NCBI GenBank assembly: GCA_951812805.1
Contig: CATOSZ010000003.1
Coordinates: 386,557 to 450,556, forward strand
DNA length: 64,000 bases
Direction of reading: 5' to 3'
Source: an uncultured Alphaproteobacteria bacterium
GTDB taxonomy: Bacteria; Pseudomonadota; Alphaproteobacteria; GCA-2731375
Shown here piece after piece: positions 38,124 through 48,120 of the stretch. Within the stretch, counting starts at the first letter, position 1, and the number at the start of each line of letters is the position of its first letter. Below the pieces are notes generated by a model that saw nothing but the letters and a program-made list of their open reading frames with translations, had not been told where the DNA came from and ran no database searches. Position numbers and translations under genes: made by a program.

Positions 38124-39449
38124 ATGGGTCTCGACGTCGCGATCTGGATGTTTCCGGCCCTGCTGGTGATGATCTTCCTCGGCTTTCCCGTCGCCTTCTG
38201 CCTGATCGGGACCGCCTTCCTGTTCGGCCTGCTGCGCTGGCCGCCGGAATCCCTGGCCTTCATCCTGGTCACCAAGGTGCACGACGTTTCCGGCGCGCAT
38301 GTGCTGGCGGCGATCCCGCTGTTCGTCTTCATGGGCGCGATGCTGGAACGCTCGGGCATCGCGGCGAAGCTGTTCGACGCCATTCACCTGTGGACCCGGC
38401 GGCTGCCCGGCGGCCTCGCCGTCGGCACCATCCTGATGTGCGTGGTCTTCGCCGCGGCGAGCGGCGTGCTCGGCGCGACCGAGTCCGTGGTCGGTATCCT
38501 GGCGATCCCGCCGATGCTGAAATACGCCTACGACAAGGGATTGATCAGCGGCACGATCTGCGCCGGCGGCTCGCTCGGCACGATCATCCCGCCGTCCATC
38601 CTGGTCGTCCTGCTGGGCCCCGTCGCCAGCGTCTCGATCGGCGATTTGTTCATCGGCATGATGATCCCGGGCCTGATGATCGCCGGCCTCTACATCCTCT
38701 ATATCCTGGTGCTTTGCTCGATCCGGCCGCGGCTCGGCCCGCGCCTGCCGCGCAGCGTCGAGGAGCCCCCGTTCTGGCGCAAGATCGTGATCTCGCTGAC
38801 CGCCCTGGTCCCGCCCGTGCTGCTGGTGGTGACGGTGCTGGGTTCGATCATGATCGGGGCGGCGACGCCGACGGAGGCGGCGGCGATGGGGGCGGCGGGA
38901 ACCATCGTGCTCACGCTCGCCTACGGCAACTTCAGCTTTCGGGCGATGTGGCAGGCCCTGGTCCGCACGCTGCTGGTCTCCTCGATGATCATGATGATCT
39001 ACATGGGCGGATTGATGTTCTCCGGCATCTTCATCGCCGCGGGCGGCATGAACCTGATCACGGACATGATGAACGCGACCGGCCTCACCGCCTGGTCGAC
39101 GCTCTTCGTCATCCTGATCCTGGCCTTCGTCGCCGGCTTCGTGCTCGACATGATCTCGATCATCCTGATCTTCGTGCCGATCTCCATCTCGCTGATGCAC
39201 AAGTTCGGCTTCGATCCGGTCTGGTTCTCGATCCTTTTCCTGATCGTCATCCAGACCAGCTACCTGACGCCGCCGATGGCGCCGGCGATTTTCTACCTGC
39301 GCGGCATCAGCCCGCCCGAGATCACCCTGCGCGACATGTACCGCGGCGTGATCCCCTTCATCGGCCTGGAGATCGTCGCGATCGGCCTGGTCATGGCCTT
39401 CCCGGGCCTGGCGCTGTGGCTGCCCTCGAAGGTTCTCGGCTTCAACTAG
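38124..39449 (+). CDS. dctM: TRAP transporter large permease DctM (orphan; no dctP/dctQ upstream)
   Basis: 441 aa with the typical DctM 12-TM layout. Upstream 150 bp abuts the MITE/IS. Confidence 0.8.
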   Translation: MGLDVAIWMFPALLVMIFLGFPVAFCLIGTAFLFGLLRWPPESLAFILVTKVHDVSGAHVLAAIPLFVFMGAMLERSGIAAKLFDAIHLWTRRLPGGLAVGTILMCVVFAAASGVLGATESVVGILAIPPMLKYAYDKGLISGTICAGGSLGTIIPPSILVVLLGPVASVSIGDLFIGMMIPGLMIAGLYILYILVLCSIRPRLGPRLPRSVEEPPFWRKIVISLTALVPPVLLVVTVLGSIMIGAATPTEAAAMGAAGTIVLTLAYGNFSFRAMWQALVRTLLVSSMIMMIYMGGLMFSGIFIAAGGMNLITDMMNATGLTAWSTLFVILILAFVAGFVLDMISIILIFVPISISLMHKFGFDPVWFSILFLIVIQTSYLTPPMAPAIFYLRGISPPEITLRDMYRGVIPFIGLEIVAIGLVMAFPGLALWLPSKVLGFN

Positions 39450-39538
39450 CCCCGCGTCGACAGTTCCCGGTGGACGTCCGGGCCGCCCGGCTTACATATG
39501 GGGGCGTGGCCGCTTCGCCGACGGGAGGATGTAACCCA

Positions 39539-40921
39539 ATGCTGTTTCGTTGCTTGATCGCCCTGGCCATCGCCCTGGGGCTGTCCCTCTCCGCCCGGGC
39601 CGGCGGCAAGCCCGAGGGCGATATCGTGGTCGAGGCCGCCTGGGCCCGCGCCTCCATCGGCGCCGCCAAGGCCGGCGCCGCCTACCTCACGATCACCAAC
39701 ATCGGCGACCGCGCGGACCGCCTGCTCGCCGTCGCCACCCCCGCCGCGGCGCGGGCCGAGCTGCACACCCACGAGATCGAGAACGACATCGCCCGGATGC
39801 GGGCCATCGACGCGATCGACCTGCCGGCCGGTGGAACGACGGAGATGGCACCGGGCGGCCTGCACATCATGCTGTTCGGCCTGAAGGCGCCGTTGCAGAA
39901 GGGCGACGATTTTCCCCTGACCCTGACCCTGGCGAACGGCGGCGAGGTCGAGATCCGGGTCAGCGTCGTCGCCGCCGCCGCACGCGCGCCGGCAACCGAC
40001 GACGGCGCCGGGATCCACGTCACCGAGGCCTGGGCCTATCCGACGGGCGCGCGGGCCGGCCGCATGACCCGAGCCTTCGTGACAATTCACAATCGGGGGA
40101 CGAGCGACGACCGCTTGCTCGCGGTCGCCACCCCGGTGGCCACGCGGGCGGCGCTGCACAGCTTCCGGGTCAAGTGCGGCGACATGATCGTCACGGACAC
40201 GGACACGCCCGTGTCGCTGCCCGCCGGCAAGACCCATCGCATGGGGCAGGCGACCTCGCTCGTCATGCTCTCCGGGATGAGCGAGCCGTTGCGAGAAGGC
40301 GGGCGCTTTACCATGACCCTCACCTTCGAGGTCGCCGGCGAACAAAACATTGAAGTCACCGTCGGCCGGCCGGAGCATGCCCCGAAAGCCCGCGAGCAGG
40401 GCGACGAAGTCGGCGGGCACAGCCATGCCAAGCACGATCACGGCAAGCATGGCCACGCGGACGACGATTCCGCCGCCAAGGAAACGCCGACGCAAGCGCA
40501 TGACGCCGGCCACAAGAGCCACGGCGACCACGGTCATGCGAAGCCCGAAGCGGGGCACGCCAAGGCGCATGCCCATGACGAGGCCATCGATATCGCACCG
40601 GGGCCGCACGCGCCGACCCTGGCGCTCGAGGTGATGCCGGCGGGGTCGGGGCGCGGCGGCGGCTGGGTGGTGCGGGTGAAGACGACCAACTTCGCCTTCG
40701 CCCGCGACAAGGTCGACCAGCCCCATGTCGCAGGCGAGGGTCATGCGCATATCTATGTCAACGGCAAGAAGATCGGCCGGGTCTACACCGCACACCACCA
40801 TCTGGCGGAACTGCCGAGCGGCGAGACGAAGGTAACGATCACCCTGAACGCCAACAGCCACCAGCCGCTTTCGGTCGGGGGCGAGGCGCTGACGCGCACG
40901 GTGACGGTGCAGGTGCCGTGA
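39539..40921 (+). CDS. periplasmic protein with two tandem PCu(A)C (DUF461) copper-chaperone domains, a His-rich linker and an extra C-terminal HxH/HHH domain
   Basis: Signal peptide MLFRCLIALAIALGLSLSARA. Two repeats of AAYLTITN...H.H..M...HIMLFGL and AFVTIHN...HSF...M..LVMLSGM. Linker HSHAKHDHGKHGHADDD...HKSHGDHGHAKPEAGHAKAHAHDE. C-terminus GEGHAHIYVNGKKIGRVYTAHHH. GGGAGGA RBS. Confidence 0.65.
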   Translation: MLFRCLIALAIALGLSLSARAGGKPEGDIVVEAAWARASIGAAKAGAAYLTITNIGDRADRLLAVATPAAARAELHTHEIENDIARMRAIDAIDLPAGGTTEMAPGGLHIMLFGLKAPLQKGDDFPLTLTLANGGEVEIRVSVVAAAARAPATDDGAGIHVTEAWAYPTGARAGRMTRAFVTIHNRGTSDDRLLAVATPVATRAALHSFRVKCGDMIVTDTDTPVSLPAGKTHRMGQATSLVMLSGMSEPLREGGRFTMTLTFEVAGEQNIEVTVGRPEHAPKAREQGDEVGGHSHAKHDHGKHGHADDDSAAKETPTQAHDAGHKSHGDHGHAKPEAGHAKAHAHDEAIDIAPGPHAPTLALEVMPAGSGRGGGWVVRVKTTNFAFARDKVDQPHVAGEGHAHIYVNGKKIGRVYTAHHHLAELPSGETKVTITLNANSHQPLSVGGEALTRTVTVQVP

Positions 40922-42558
40922 GCCGGGAGATCGAGGTCCCGGTCCTCGTCGTCGGCGGCGGGCCGGTCGGCCTCACGCTGGCCATCGATCTCGCGCGGCG
41001 CGGGATCGAAGTCCTGGTGGTCGAACGCCGTCCGCGGGGCGCCCCGCCGCCGCCCAAGTGCAACCATGTCGCCGCCCGCTCGATGGAGATCTTCCGCCGT
41101 TTGGGCGTCGCCGGGGCGCTGCGCGAGGCGGGCCTGCCGGCTGACTATCCGAACGACGTCTCCTACCGCACCCGCTTCACCGGGCCGGAGCTGACGCGCA
41201 TCCCGATCCCCTGCCGGCGCGACCGCTTCACCGCCACGGGCGGTCCCGACACGGACTGGCCGACGCCGGAGCCGCCCCACCGCATCAACCAGATCTTCCT
41301 GGAGCCGATCCTGTTCGCCCATGCCGAAGCGCAGGGCGGGCTCCGCATCCTCTGCGACAGCGAGGTGACCGGCTTCGAACAGGACGACGACGAGGTCCGC
41401 GCCGTCGCCCGCCACCTCGCCGACGGTACCGAGACGGCGATCCGCTGCCGGTATCTCGTCGGCTGCGACGGCGGCCGTTCGGCGATTCGCCGGGCCATGG
41501 GCGCAACGCTGGAAGGCGACGCGGTCATCCAGCGGGTGCAGTCGAGCTATATCCGCGCGCCCGCACTTCTGGACCTGCAACGCGAGGCGCCGGCCTGGGC
41601 GACCTTCTCCCTGAACCCGGAACGCGCCGGCAACGTCTATGCGATCGACGGGCGGGAGCGTTGGGTGGTGCACAACTACCTCCGCCCCGAGGAGGCCGGG
41701 CCGGAGGCGGTGGACCGCGACGCGGCGCTGCGTGCCATCCTCGGCGTCGGGCCGGACTTCGCGTATGAGCTGATCGCGCCGATGGACTGGGTCGGTCGCC
41801 GCCTCGTCGCCGACCGGATCCGCGAACGCCGGGTCTTCATTGCCGGCGACGCCGCGCATATCTGGGTGCCTTACGCGGGCTACGGCATGAACGCGGGCAT
41901 CGCCGACGCCGCCAACCTCGCCTGGCTGCTCGCCGCCCACCTCGCCGGCTGGGCCGAGGCCGGCATCCTCGCCGCGCACGAGGCGGAACGCGGGCCGATC
42001 ACCCGCCAGGTTTCCCACTTCGTCATGGACCATGCCCACGCCATGGCCGGCCAACGCGGCGGCGTGCCGGCCGAGATCGAAGCCGACAGCGCCCAGGGTG
42101 CCGCGGCCCGCCGGGCGCTCGGCGACAAGGCCTATGCCCTGAACGTGCAGCAATACTGCTGCGCCGGCCTGAACTTCGGCTGCTTCTACGAGGCTTCCCC
42201 CATCATCGCCCACGACGGCGAGGCCGCGCCCGGCTACTCCATGGCCGAGTTCACCCCCTCGACGGTCCCCGGCTGCCGCCTGCCCCATCTGGTTCTGCAA
42301 GACGGCGCCAGCCTCTACGACCGTCTGGGCGACGGCTACACCCTGCTCCGCTTCGATGCCACCCTCGACGCCGCCCCCCTCCGCGCCGCCGCCGCGGCCC
42401 GCGGGGTGCCCCTCGCCCTCCTCGACCTGGCCCCCACACCCCCCTACGACCGCCCCCTCGTCCTCGCCCGCCCCGACCAGCACATCGCCTGGCGCGGCGA
42501 CGCGATACCGGCGGACCCGACGGCGCTGATCGAACGAATCCGCGGCGCGGCGGCCTGA
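40918..42558 (+). CDS. FAD-dependent aromatic-ring monooxygenase (PheA/TfdB-like)
   Basis: GTG start overlaps the upstream stop (gtgagc). Contains VLVVGGGPVGLTLAIDLARRGIEVLVVER, the DG motif LVGCDGGRSAIR and the GD motif FIAGDAAH. Confidence 0.8.
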   Translation: MSREIEVPVLVVGGGPVGLTLAIDLARRGIEVLVVERRPRGAPPPPKCNHVAARSMEIFRRLGVAGALREAGLPADYPNDVSYRTRFTGPELTRIPIPCRRDRFTATGGPDTDWPTPEPPHRINQIFLEPILFAHAEAQGGLRILCDSEVTGFEQDDDEVRAVARHLADGTETAIRCRYLVGCDGGRSAIRRAMGATLEGDAVIQRVQSSYIRAPALLDLQREAPAWATFSLNPERAGNVYAIDGRERWVVHNYLRPEEAGPEAVDRDAALRAILGVGPDFAYELIAPMDWVGRRLVADRIRERRVFIAGDAAHIWVPYAGYGMNAGIADAANLAWLLAAHLAGWAEAGILAAHEAERGPITRQVSHFVMDHAHAMAGQRGGVPAEIEADSAQGAAARRALGDKAYALNVQQYCCAGLNFGCFYEASPIIAHDGEAAPGYSMAEFTPSTVPGCRLPHLVLQDGASLYDRLGDGYTLLRFDATLDAAPLRAAAAARGVPLALLDLAPTPPYDRPLVLARPDQHIAWRGDAIPADPTALIERIRGAAA

Positions 42559-42622
42559 CCCGGCATTGCGCCGCCGCTCGGAATGTCCCATGTCTGCGGC
42601 ACCGCTTTCGAAAGGCCATGCC

Positions 42623-43312
42623 ATGACCCGCCTTCTCTCCCTCTTCACCCTGCTGGTCGTGCTCGCCAGCCCCGCCCGCGCCGATTTCGATGCGGGTGTC
42701 GACGCCCTGCAGGCCGGCGATTTCGCGACGGCGCGGGGCGCGTTTCTCGCTGCCGCCGAGGCCGGGCATGCCGATGCCGAATACAATCTCGGGCTGATGG
42801 CGGTGCAGGGACAAGGGGTCGCGCAAAGCGATGCGGAGGCCATCGCATGGTGGCGCCGGGCGGCGGAGCGGGGGCATGCGGCGGCGCAGAGCAATCTCGG
42901 CACCATGTATCTTCTGGGCCAGGGGGTCGCGCGGGACGACGGGGCCGCGGCGCGGCTGTATCTCGCCGCGGCGCTCGCCGGGCATGGCGACGCGCAGTTC
43001 AACCTGGCGACGCTCTATGATCGCGGGCGGGCCATGCCGCCGGATCCCGTCGCCGCCGTCGCCTGGTATCACCGGGCCGCGGGCGCGGGCATCGTCAAGG
43101 CGCGGCACAATTTGGCGCGGGCCTATGAACGCGGGCGCGGCGTCGCGCGGGATCCGATCAAGGCCTATTTCTGGTACGCGCTCGCCACCGAGGCGGGGGA
43201 CGGCAAGGCGGCGGAAGGCCGCGCGCGCGTCGCCGCCACCCTCGACGAAGCCGCGCGTGCCGAGGCGGACCGGCGGGTGGCGATCTGGCGCAAGCGGTTC
43301 CCGGCGCTCTGA
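42623..43312 (+). CDS. Sel1-repeat (TPR-like) secreted protein
   Basis: Signal peptide MTRLLSLFTLLVVLASPARA plus repeated A.YNLG.MY..G.GV..D...A..WY..AA motifs. Confidence 0.7.
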   Translation: MTRLLSLFTLLVVLASPARADFDAGVDALQAGDFATARGAFLAAAEAGHADAEYNLGLMAVQGQGVAQSDAEAIAWWRRAAERGHAAAQSNLGTMYLLGQGVARDDGAAARLYLAAALAGHGDAQFNLATLYDRGRAMPPDPVAAVAWYHRAAGAGIVKARHNLARAYERGRGVARDPIKAYFWYALATEAGDGKAAEGRARVAATLDEAARAEADRRVAIWRKRFPAL

Positions 43313-43357
43313 ACTCCGCCATTGTCTCGCCCCGCCCCGGCCCTATATACGGGGCCC

Positions 43358-44500
43358 ATGACCTCCACCCCGGATATTCCCGTTCCCGAGCACGTCCGCC
43401 AGGCGCTGGCCGACGTCCGGCCCGGCGCGCGGATCGTCGTCGCCATGTCGGGCGGCGTCGACAGCTCGCTCACCGCGGCGCTCTGTCGGCAGCTCGGCTT
43501 CGACGTGGTGGGTGTCACCTTGCAGCTCTACGACCACGGCGAGGCCGTCGCCAAGCCGGGCGCCTGCTGCGCCGGGGCCGATATTCGCGATGCCCGCACC
43601 GTCGCCGGCCGGCTCGCCATCCCGCACTATGTGCTGGACTACGAATCCCGCTTCGGCCAGGCGGTGATCGACGATTTCGTCGATTCCTACCTCGCCGGGG
43701 AGACCCCGATCCCCTGCGTGCGCTGCAACCAGACAGTGAAGTTCCGCGACCTGTTGGCGACGGCCCGCGAGCTCGGCGCCGAGGCGATGGTGACCGGCCA
43801 CTATGTCCGCCGCATGGCGGGCCCCGCGGGGCCGGAGCTCTGGCGGGCCGTCGACCCGGCGCGCGACCAGAGCTACTTCCTCTTCGCCACGACGGCGGCG
43901 GAACTGGAGTTCCTACGCTTTCCGCTCGGCGGCTTCGCCGGCAAGGCGGAGGTGCGGGCCCTCGCCGGCGCCTTCGGCCTCGCGGTGGCGGAAAAGCCGG
44001 ACAGCCAGGACATCTGCTTCGTGCCCGAGGGGCGCTATTGGGAGACCGTGGCCCGCCACCGCCCGGGCGCCGACGGACCCGGGCCGATCGTCGACCAGGC
44101 GGGCACGGTGCTGGGCCTGCACCAGGGGATTACCCGCTTCACCGTCGGCCAGCGCCGCGGCCTCGGCCTCTCGGGGCCGGAACCGCTCTATGTGTTGCGC
44201 ATCGAGCCGGAGGGCCGCTGCGTCGTCGTCGGCCCCAAGGCGGCGCTCGACCGCACCCGGCTGGCCTTGCGCGAGATGAACTGGCTGGCGCCGCCGCCCG
44301 AGGCGGACGGCCTGGCGGCGGAAATCAAGATCCGCTCGACCCGGGCGCCGGTCCCGGCCCGGGTCCACGCCGCCGGCACGGACGGCGCCAGGATCGAACT
44401 GGCGGTGCCGGAGGCGGGCGTCGCGCCGGGCCAGGCCGGTGTGCTCTACGCCGGGAATCGCGTCCTTGGCGGCGGCTGGATCACCCGCGAGGCCGTTTGA
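43358..44500 (+). CDS. mnmA: tRNA 2-thiouridine(34) synthase MnmA
   Basis: PP-loop [11 protein letters not shown] plus the catalytic Cys region. Confidence 0.9.
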   Translation: MTSTPDIPVPEHVRQALADVRPGARIVVAMSGGVDSSLTAALCRQLGFDVVGVTLQLYDHGEAVAKPGACCAGADIRDARTVAGRLAIPHYVLDYESRFGQAVIDDFVDSYLAGETPIPCVRCNQTVKFRDLLATARELGAEAMVTGHYVRRMAGPAGPELWRAVDPARDQSYFLFATTAAELEFLRFPLGGFAGKAEVRALAGAFGLAVAEKPDSQDICFVPEGRYWETVARHRPGADGPGPIVDQAGTVLGLHQGITRFTVGQRRGLGLSGPEPLYVLRIEPEGRCVVVGPKAALDRTRLALREMNWLAPPPEADGLAAEIKIRSTRAPVPARVHAAGTDGARIELAVPEAGVAPGQAGVLYAGNRVLGGGWITREAV

Positions 44501-44577
44501 TTCCCATCAATGCCCGCCGTCCGGCCCTGGCGTAATCTGTCCTCGAAACCCCACATCGGCGGAGGAGGATCGGAACC

Positions 44578-45027
44578 ATGTTCGCCAACCCGTCTCTGAT
44601 GACCCGTATCGCCATCGGCAAGGGGGTCGGCTTGCTCGTTGGCCTCGCCGGATTGCTGTTGCTGCCGCTGTTCTCGGCCGAGGCCGACTGGTGGCTTCGG
44701 CTCGGCATCCTGTTCTGGTATCCGACCCTGGGCGCCGTCGTCGGCGTGTTCGGGGTCTATACCCGCCATCCCGTCCTGCGCTTTCCGATGCCCTGGTGGA
44801 TGCGCGCGCCGATCGTCGGTGCCTGGATGAACTTCGTGCTGGTGTTCTTCGCGCACGACATCTTGGGCCGGATGCTGGCCGGGAGGTTCGGTGCCGAGAG
44901 CGTGCTGGCCTCGCCCTTCTGGTTCGTCGTCGAGGGGGCCGTGGTCGGCCTGGTGATCGGCGCGCTCGCCACCCGCTTCGGCGGCGAAGGCATGGCGGCG
45001 CTGGCGGCGGACGAGGAGCGGGCGTAA
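44578..45027 (+). CDS. hypothetical 4-TM membrane protein
   Basis: GGAGGAGGA RBS; hydrophobic segments. Confidence 0.45.
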   Translation: MFANPSLMTRIAIGKGVGLLVGLAGLLLLPLFSAEADWWLRLGILFWYPTLGAVVGVFGVYTRHPVLRFPMPWWMRAPIVGAWMNFVLVFFAHDILGRMLAGRFGAESVLASPFWFVVEGAVVGLVIGALATRFGGEGMAALAADEERA

Positions 45028-45058
45028 AACAAGATCGCCCGCGTTCAGCACGCCCCGT

Positions 45059-45364
45059 TCAGCGATTCTTGCGCAGTGAATGGGCGAGGGCCCGGGCGGC
45101 GCTCTGCAGGGGTTGGCGGTGCGCCTCGTCCAGGGGTTCGTTCGCCTCCAGCCCCGCCGCCAGTTCCTCGACGATGCCGGCCAGGAGATAATAGTGAAGA
45201 TGCACCGCCGCCTCGCGCCAGTCCTCGCCCTCACGGCGCAGCCGAAGGACGGCTTCGTCCGGCTCGACCCGGACCTCGTAGCCGGCCTGCCGGCCGAAGG
45301 TCCCGAGATAGACCTTGTCGGGAAAATCGACGCTGACCTCGGCGCCGTCGATAACCGCTTTCAT
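45059..45364 (-). CDS. hypothetical small protein (101 aa)
   Basis: GGGAGG RBS before MKAVIDGAEV. The ORF track's longer form has a non-coding 5' extension. Confidence 0.35.
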   Translation of the reverse strand: MKAVIDGAEVSVDFPDKVYLGTFGRQAGYEVRVEPDEAVLRLRREGEDWREAAVHLHYYLLAGIVEELAAGLEANEPLDEAHRQPLQSAARALAHSLRKNR

Positions 45365-45397
45365 TTCGCTGCCTCCCTGTTGTGCTCCGCAGTTCTG

Positions 45398-45691
45398 ATG
45401 TTCGCCCTGCTCGCGCCGCCGGCCCGCGCCAACGGGCCCGATGTCGCGGCGGGTCGCGCCTTCGCCGCGGCGAAGTGCGCCGAATGCCACGCGGTCGCGG
45501 CGACGGGGGACAGCCCGAAGGCCGAGGCCCCGCCGTTTCGCCGGCTCGACGAGCGCTTTCCCGTCGCCGCCCTCGCCGAGGCCCTGGCCGAAGGGATCGC
45601 CACCGGGCACCCGGCGATGCCGGAATTCACCTTGACGCCCGGCGAGATCGACGACTTCATCGCCTTTCTCGAAAGCCTGACGGCGGAGTGA
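45398..45691 (+). CDS. class I c-type cytochrome (periplasmic)
   Basis: CAECH haem-binding motif and a distal Met. Start uncertain: ATG at 45398 or TTG 45384. Confidence 0.6.
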   Translation: MFALLAPPARANGPDVAAGRAFAAAKCAECHAVAATGDSPKAEAPPFRRLDERFPVAALAEALAEGIATGHPAMPEFTLTPGEIDDFIAFLESLTAE

Positions 45692-45715
45692 TGGACACGC
45701 GTCGTCACGGCGCGC

Positions 45716-46249
45716 CTACTTAACGGTGACGCAGGTCGCCTCGCTCTGCGCCGCGACCTTGTGGCTGACGGAGCCGAGGAAGAGACCCTTCAGGTCACCG
45801 AGGCCGCGGCTGCCGAGCACGATCATGTCCGCCTTCTCGGTCTTCGCTGCATCCAGGATGGCATCGGCCGGATCGCCGCCGGCAACCCGCGTGTCGATGC
45901 GCGCGACGCCGGCCTTGGCCGCCTGGGCCTCGGCCCGCTCGAGGACGACCTTGGCGACCCCCTCCAGCACCTCGCGCGGCGCCGGGATCGGCACGAAGCC
46001 CGCCGCCGCGTCGGCCCCGGCCATCGCCTCGTAGATCTCACTCTCGTAGCTGTTCAAGCGGTCCCACAGACGCTTTCCCAGCGCCCGCTGGCTCGCCAGC
46101 TTGGTCAAGGTGGCCGAGGAGGCATGGTTCATCAGGACATGGACGAGAACCAGCCGCGCCTCGTATTTGGCGCAAAGATCGCTCGCCAGGCGTACGGCCT
46201 TGCGGGCGTGGTCGGAGCCGTCGGTGGCAACCAGGATGGTCTGTAGCAT
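45716..46249 (-). CDS. universal stress protein (tandem-type UspA domain)
   Basis: ILVATDGSDHARKAV ... MIVLGSRGLGDLKGLFLGSVSHKV. Confidence 0.85.
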   Translation of the reverse strand: MLQTILVATDGSDHARKAVRLASDLCAKYEARLVLVHVLMNHASSATLTKLASQRALGKRLWDRLNSYESEIYEAMAGADAAAGFVPIPAPREVLEGVAKVVLERAEAQAAKAGVARIDTRVAGGDPADAILDAAKTEKADMIVLGSRGLGDLKGLFLGSVSHKVAAQSEATCVTVK

Positions 46250-46367
46250 CGCTTCGATCCTCCCCTAACGTGTCGTTCAAGCTTGAGAAATCATCGCCGG
46301 ATGGGCCGAGGGCGGCATTGATTCTGGTCAACGAGACACCACCGACGGCGCCGGCTAGACTTGCAGC

Positions 46368-46997
46368 ATGACGACGATACTCTTCGACCTCGACGGCACC
46401 TTGACCGATCCCGTCGTCGGGATAGCGGCATCGCTCCGCCATGCCCTTGTCGCGCTGGGACGCCCGGCGCCGGACGACCTCACCTGGTGCATCGGCCCGC
46501 CGCTACAGGAAAGCCTGCGTGCCCTGCTCGGCGACGAGGGCCCGGTCGACGAGGCGGTCACGTTGTACCGGGAGCGCTACGGCGAGATCGGGCTGTTCGA
46601 GAATGCCGTCTATCCGGGGATCGAGGAGGTTCTGCGGGGGTTACGCGGCGAGGGCCGGCGCCTGTTCGTCGCCACCAGCAAGCTTGCGATCTATGCCCGA
46701 CGCATCCTCGCGCACTTTGCGCTCGATGGCTATTTCGAGACGATTTACGGTGCCGAGCTGGACGGGACGCGCAGCGACAAGAGCGCGCTCATCGCCTGGA
46801 TCCTCGAACGCGAAGGGCTGGCGGCCGCGTCCGTGGTGATGGTCGGCGATCGAAGCCACGACATGGTCGGCGCGCGCAACAACCGCGTCGCCACGGTAGG
46901 CGTGCTCTTTGGCTACGGCACGCGGGCGGAGCTGGAGGCGGCCGGGGCGGACGCCCTCGCCGAGCGGCCCGGGGACCTGCCGGCGCTGCTGGCGTAA
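46368..46997 (+). CDS. HAD-superfamily hydrolase (phosphoglycolate phosphatase-like)
   Basis: Motif I ILFDLDGTL and motif IV VMVGDRSHD. Confidence 0.8.
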   Translation: MTTILFDLDGTLTDPVVGIAASLRHALVALGRPAPDDLTWCIGPPLQESLRALLGDEGPVDEAVTLYRERYGEIGLFENAVYPGIEEVLRGLRGEGRRLFVATSKLAIYARRILAHFALDGYFETIYGAELDGTRSDKSALIAWILEREGLAAASVVMVGDRSHDMVGARNNRVATVGVLFGYGTRAELEAAGADALAERPGDLPALLA

Positions 46998-47000
46998 CGT

Positions 47001-48098
47001 CTATTCGACCAGGTGGCGGGCGACCGCGTCCTCGTCCCACGCGAGGCCGAGGCCGGGCGCGTCGGGCACGATGATGTCGCCGTCGCGAAGCTCGTAGGGC
47101 CGAACCAGGATCTCGTCGGCCCAGTCCTGCCATTCGAGCCAGTGGGCGGTTTCGCTCGCCCGCATGACATGGGCGCCGACCTCGGGATAGAGGTGGGTCG
47201 AGATCGGCACGTTGGCCGCCGTCGCCAGGCCGGCGGATTGGATCCAACCGGTAACCCCGCCGATGCGCATGAAGTCCGGCATCACCAGGTCGCAGGCATT
47301 CGCCGTCAGCGCCTTCCACATGTCGCGGGGGCCGTAGAAGTTCTCGCCGATCTGCAAGGGCGTCTTCAGCTCCGCCGCCAGCTTGGCGTAACCGGAAAAA
47401 TCGTCGTAGAGCACCGGCTCCTCGATCCATTCGAAGCCGAGACCGTCGATCGCATGACAGCGCCGCAGCGCCTCGCCGAGATCGAGGGCCTGGTTGAAAT
47501 CGACCATCAACGCCCGCTCCGGGCCGATCGCCTGGCGGATCGCGTCGTGCGCGGCGATATCCTCGGCGATGGTCGCCCGACCCATGCGCATCTTCACGCC
47601 GGAGAAGCCGCCTTCGGCCAGCAGTTCCTCGGCCTCCGCCCCGACCTCGTCCGCCGGTTTCAGCCACAGGCCATTGGAATTATAGGCGCGGACCGGTCCC
47701 GGCGTGCCGCCGAGCAGGGTGCAAAGCGGCAGGTCGGCCGCGCGCGCCAGCGTATCCCAGGCGGCCATGTCCAGGCCCGAGGCGGCGATCATCGCCAGCC
47801 CCTCGTAGCCGACGAAATGCAGCGACTTGCGCGCGGCCTGATAGAACTCGAGCGGGGCGATGGGCCGGCCCCGCAACATCTCACCCATGTCCTCCAGCGC
47901 CGGCACCAGATAGCGCATCGACTTCGCCACATAGGGCTCGAGATAGGCGAGGCCGGTCACGCCCTCCTCCGTCTCCATGTCGATCAGGATCAGCGGCCAG
48001 TCGGTCATGGTGGCGATACGGGCGACGACCGGGCGGTTCAGCGGCACCAGTACGGGTCGCACCCGCAGGGCGCGAAGTGTCGGGATCGGCGTGGTCAT
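47001..48098 (-). CDS. mandelate racemase/muconate lactonizing enzyme family (enolase superfamily)
   Basis: 365 aa with MR/MLE capping and barrel domains. Confidence 0.8.
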   Translation of the reverse strand: MTTPIPTLRALRVRPVLVPLNRPVVARIATMTDWPLILIDMETEEGVTGLAYLEPYVAKSMRYLVPALEDMGEMLRGRPIAPLEFYQAARKSLHFVGYEGLAMIAASGLDMAAWDTLARAADLPLCTLLGGTPGPVRAYNSNGLWLKPADEVGAEAEELLAEGGFSGVKMRMGRATIAEDIAAHDAIRQAIGPERALMVDFNQALDLGEALRRCHAIDGLGFEWIEEPVLYDDFSGYAKLAAELKTPLQIGENFYGPRDMWKALTANACDLVMPDFMRIGGVTGWIQSAGLATAANVPISTHLYPEVGAHVMRASETAHWLEWQDWADEILVRPYELRDGDIIVPDAPGLGLAWDEDAVARHLVE

Positions 48099-48120
48099 GG
48101 GCGTCCTCGTCGGCGTCTCG

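Noticed and set aside
38018-39538. Upstream part of the 967-aa ORF 38018-40921
   Set aside because: Out-of-frame overlap of dctM. Only the part from 39539 (signal peptide plus PCuAC domains) is protein-like.
40783-43002. 739-aa minus-strand ORF
   Set aside because: Antisense to the FAD monooxygenase and Sel1 genes, with Ala/Arg/Gly-rich low-complexity translation.
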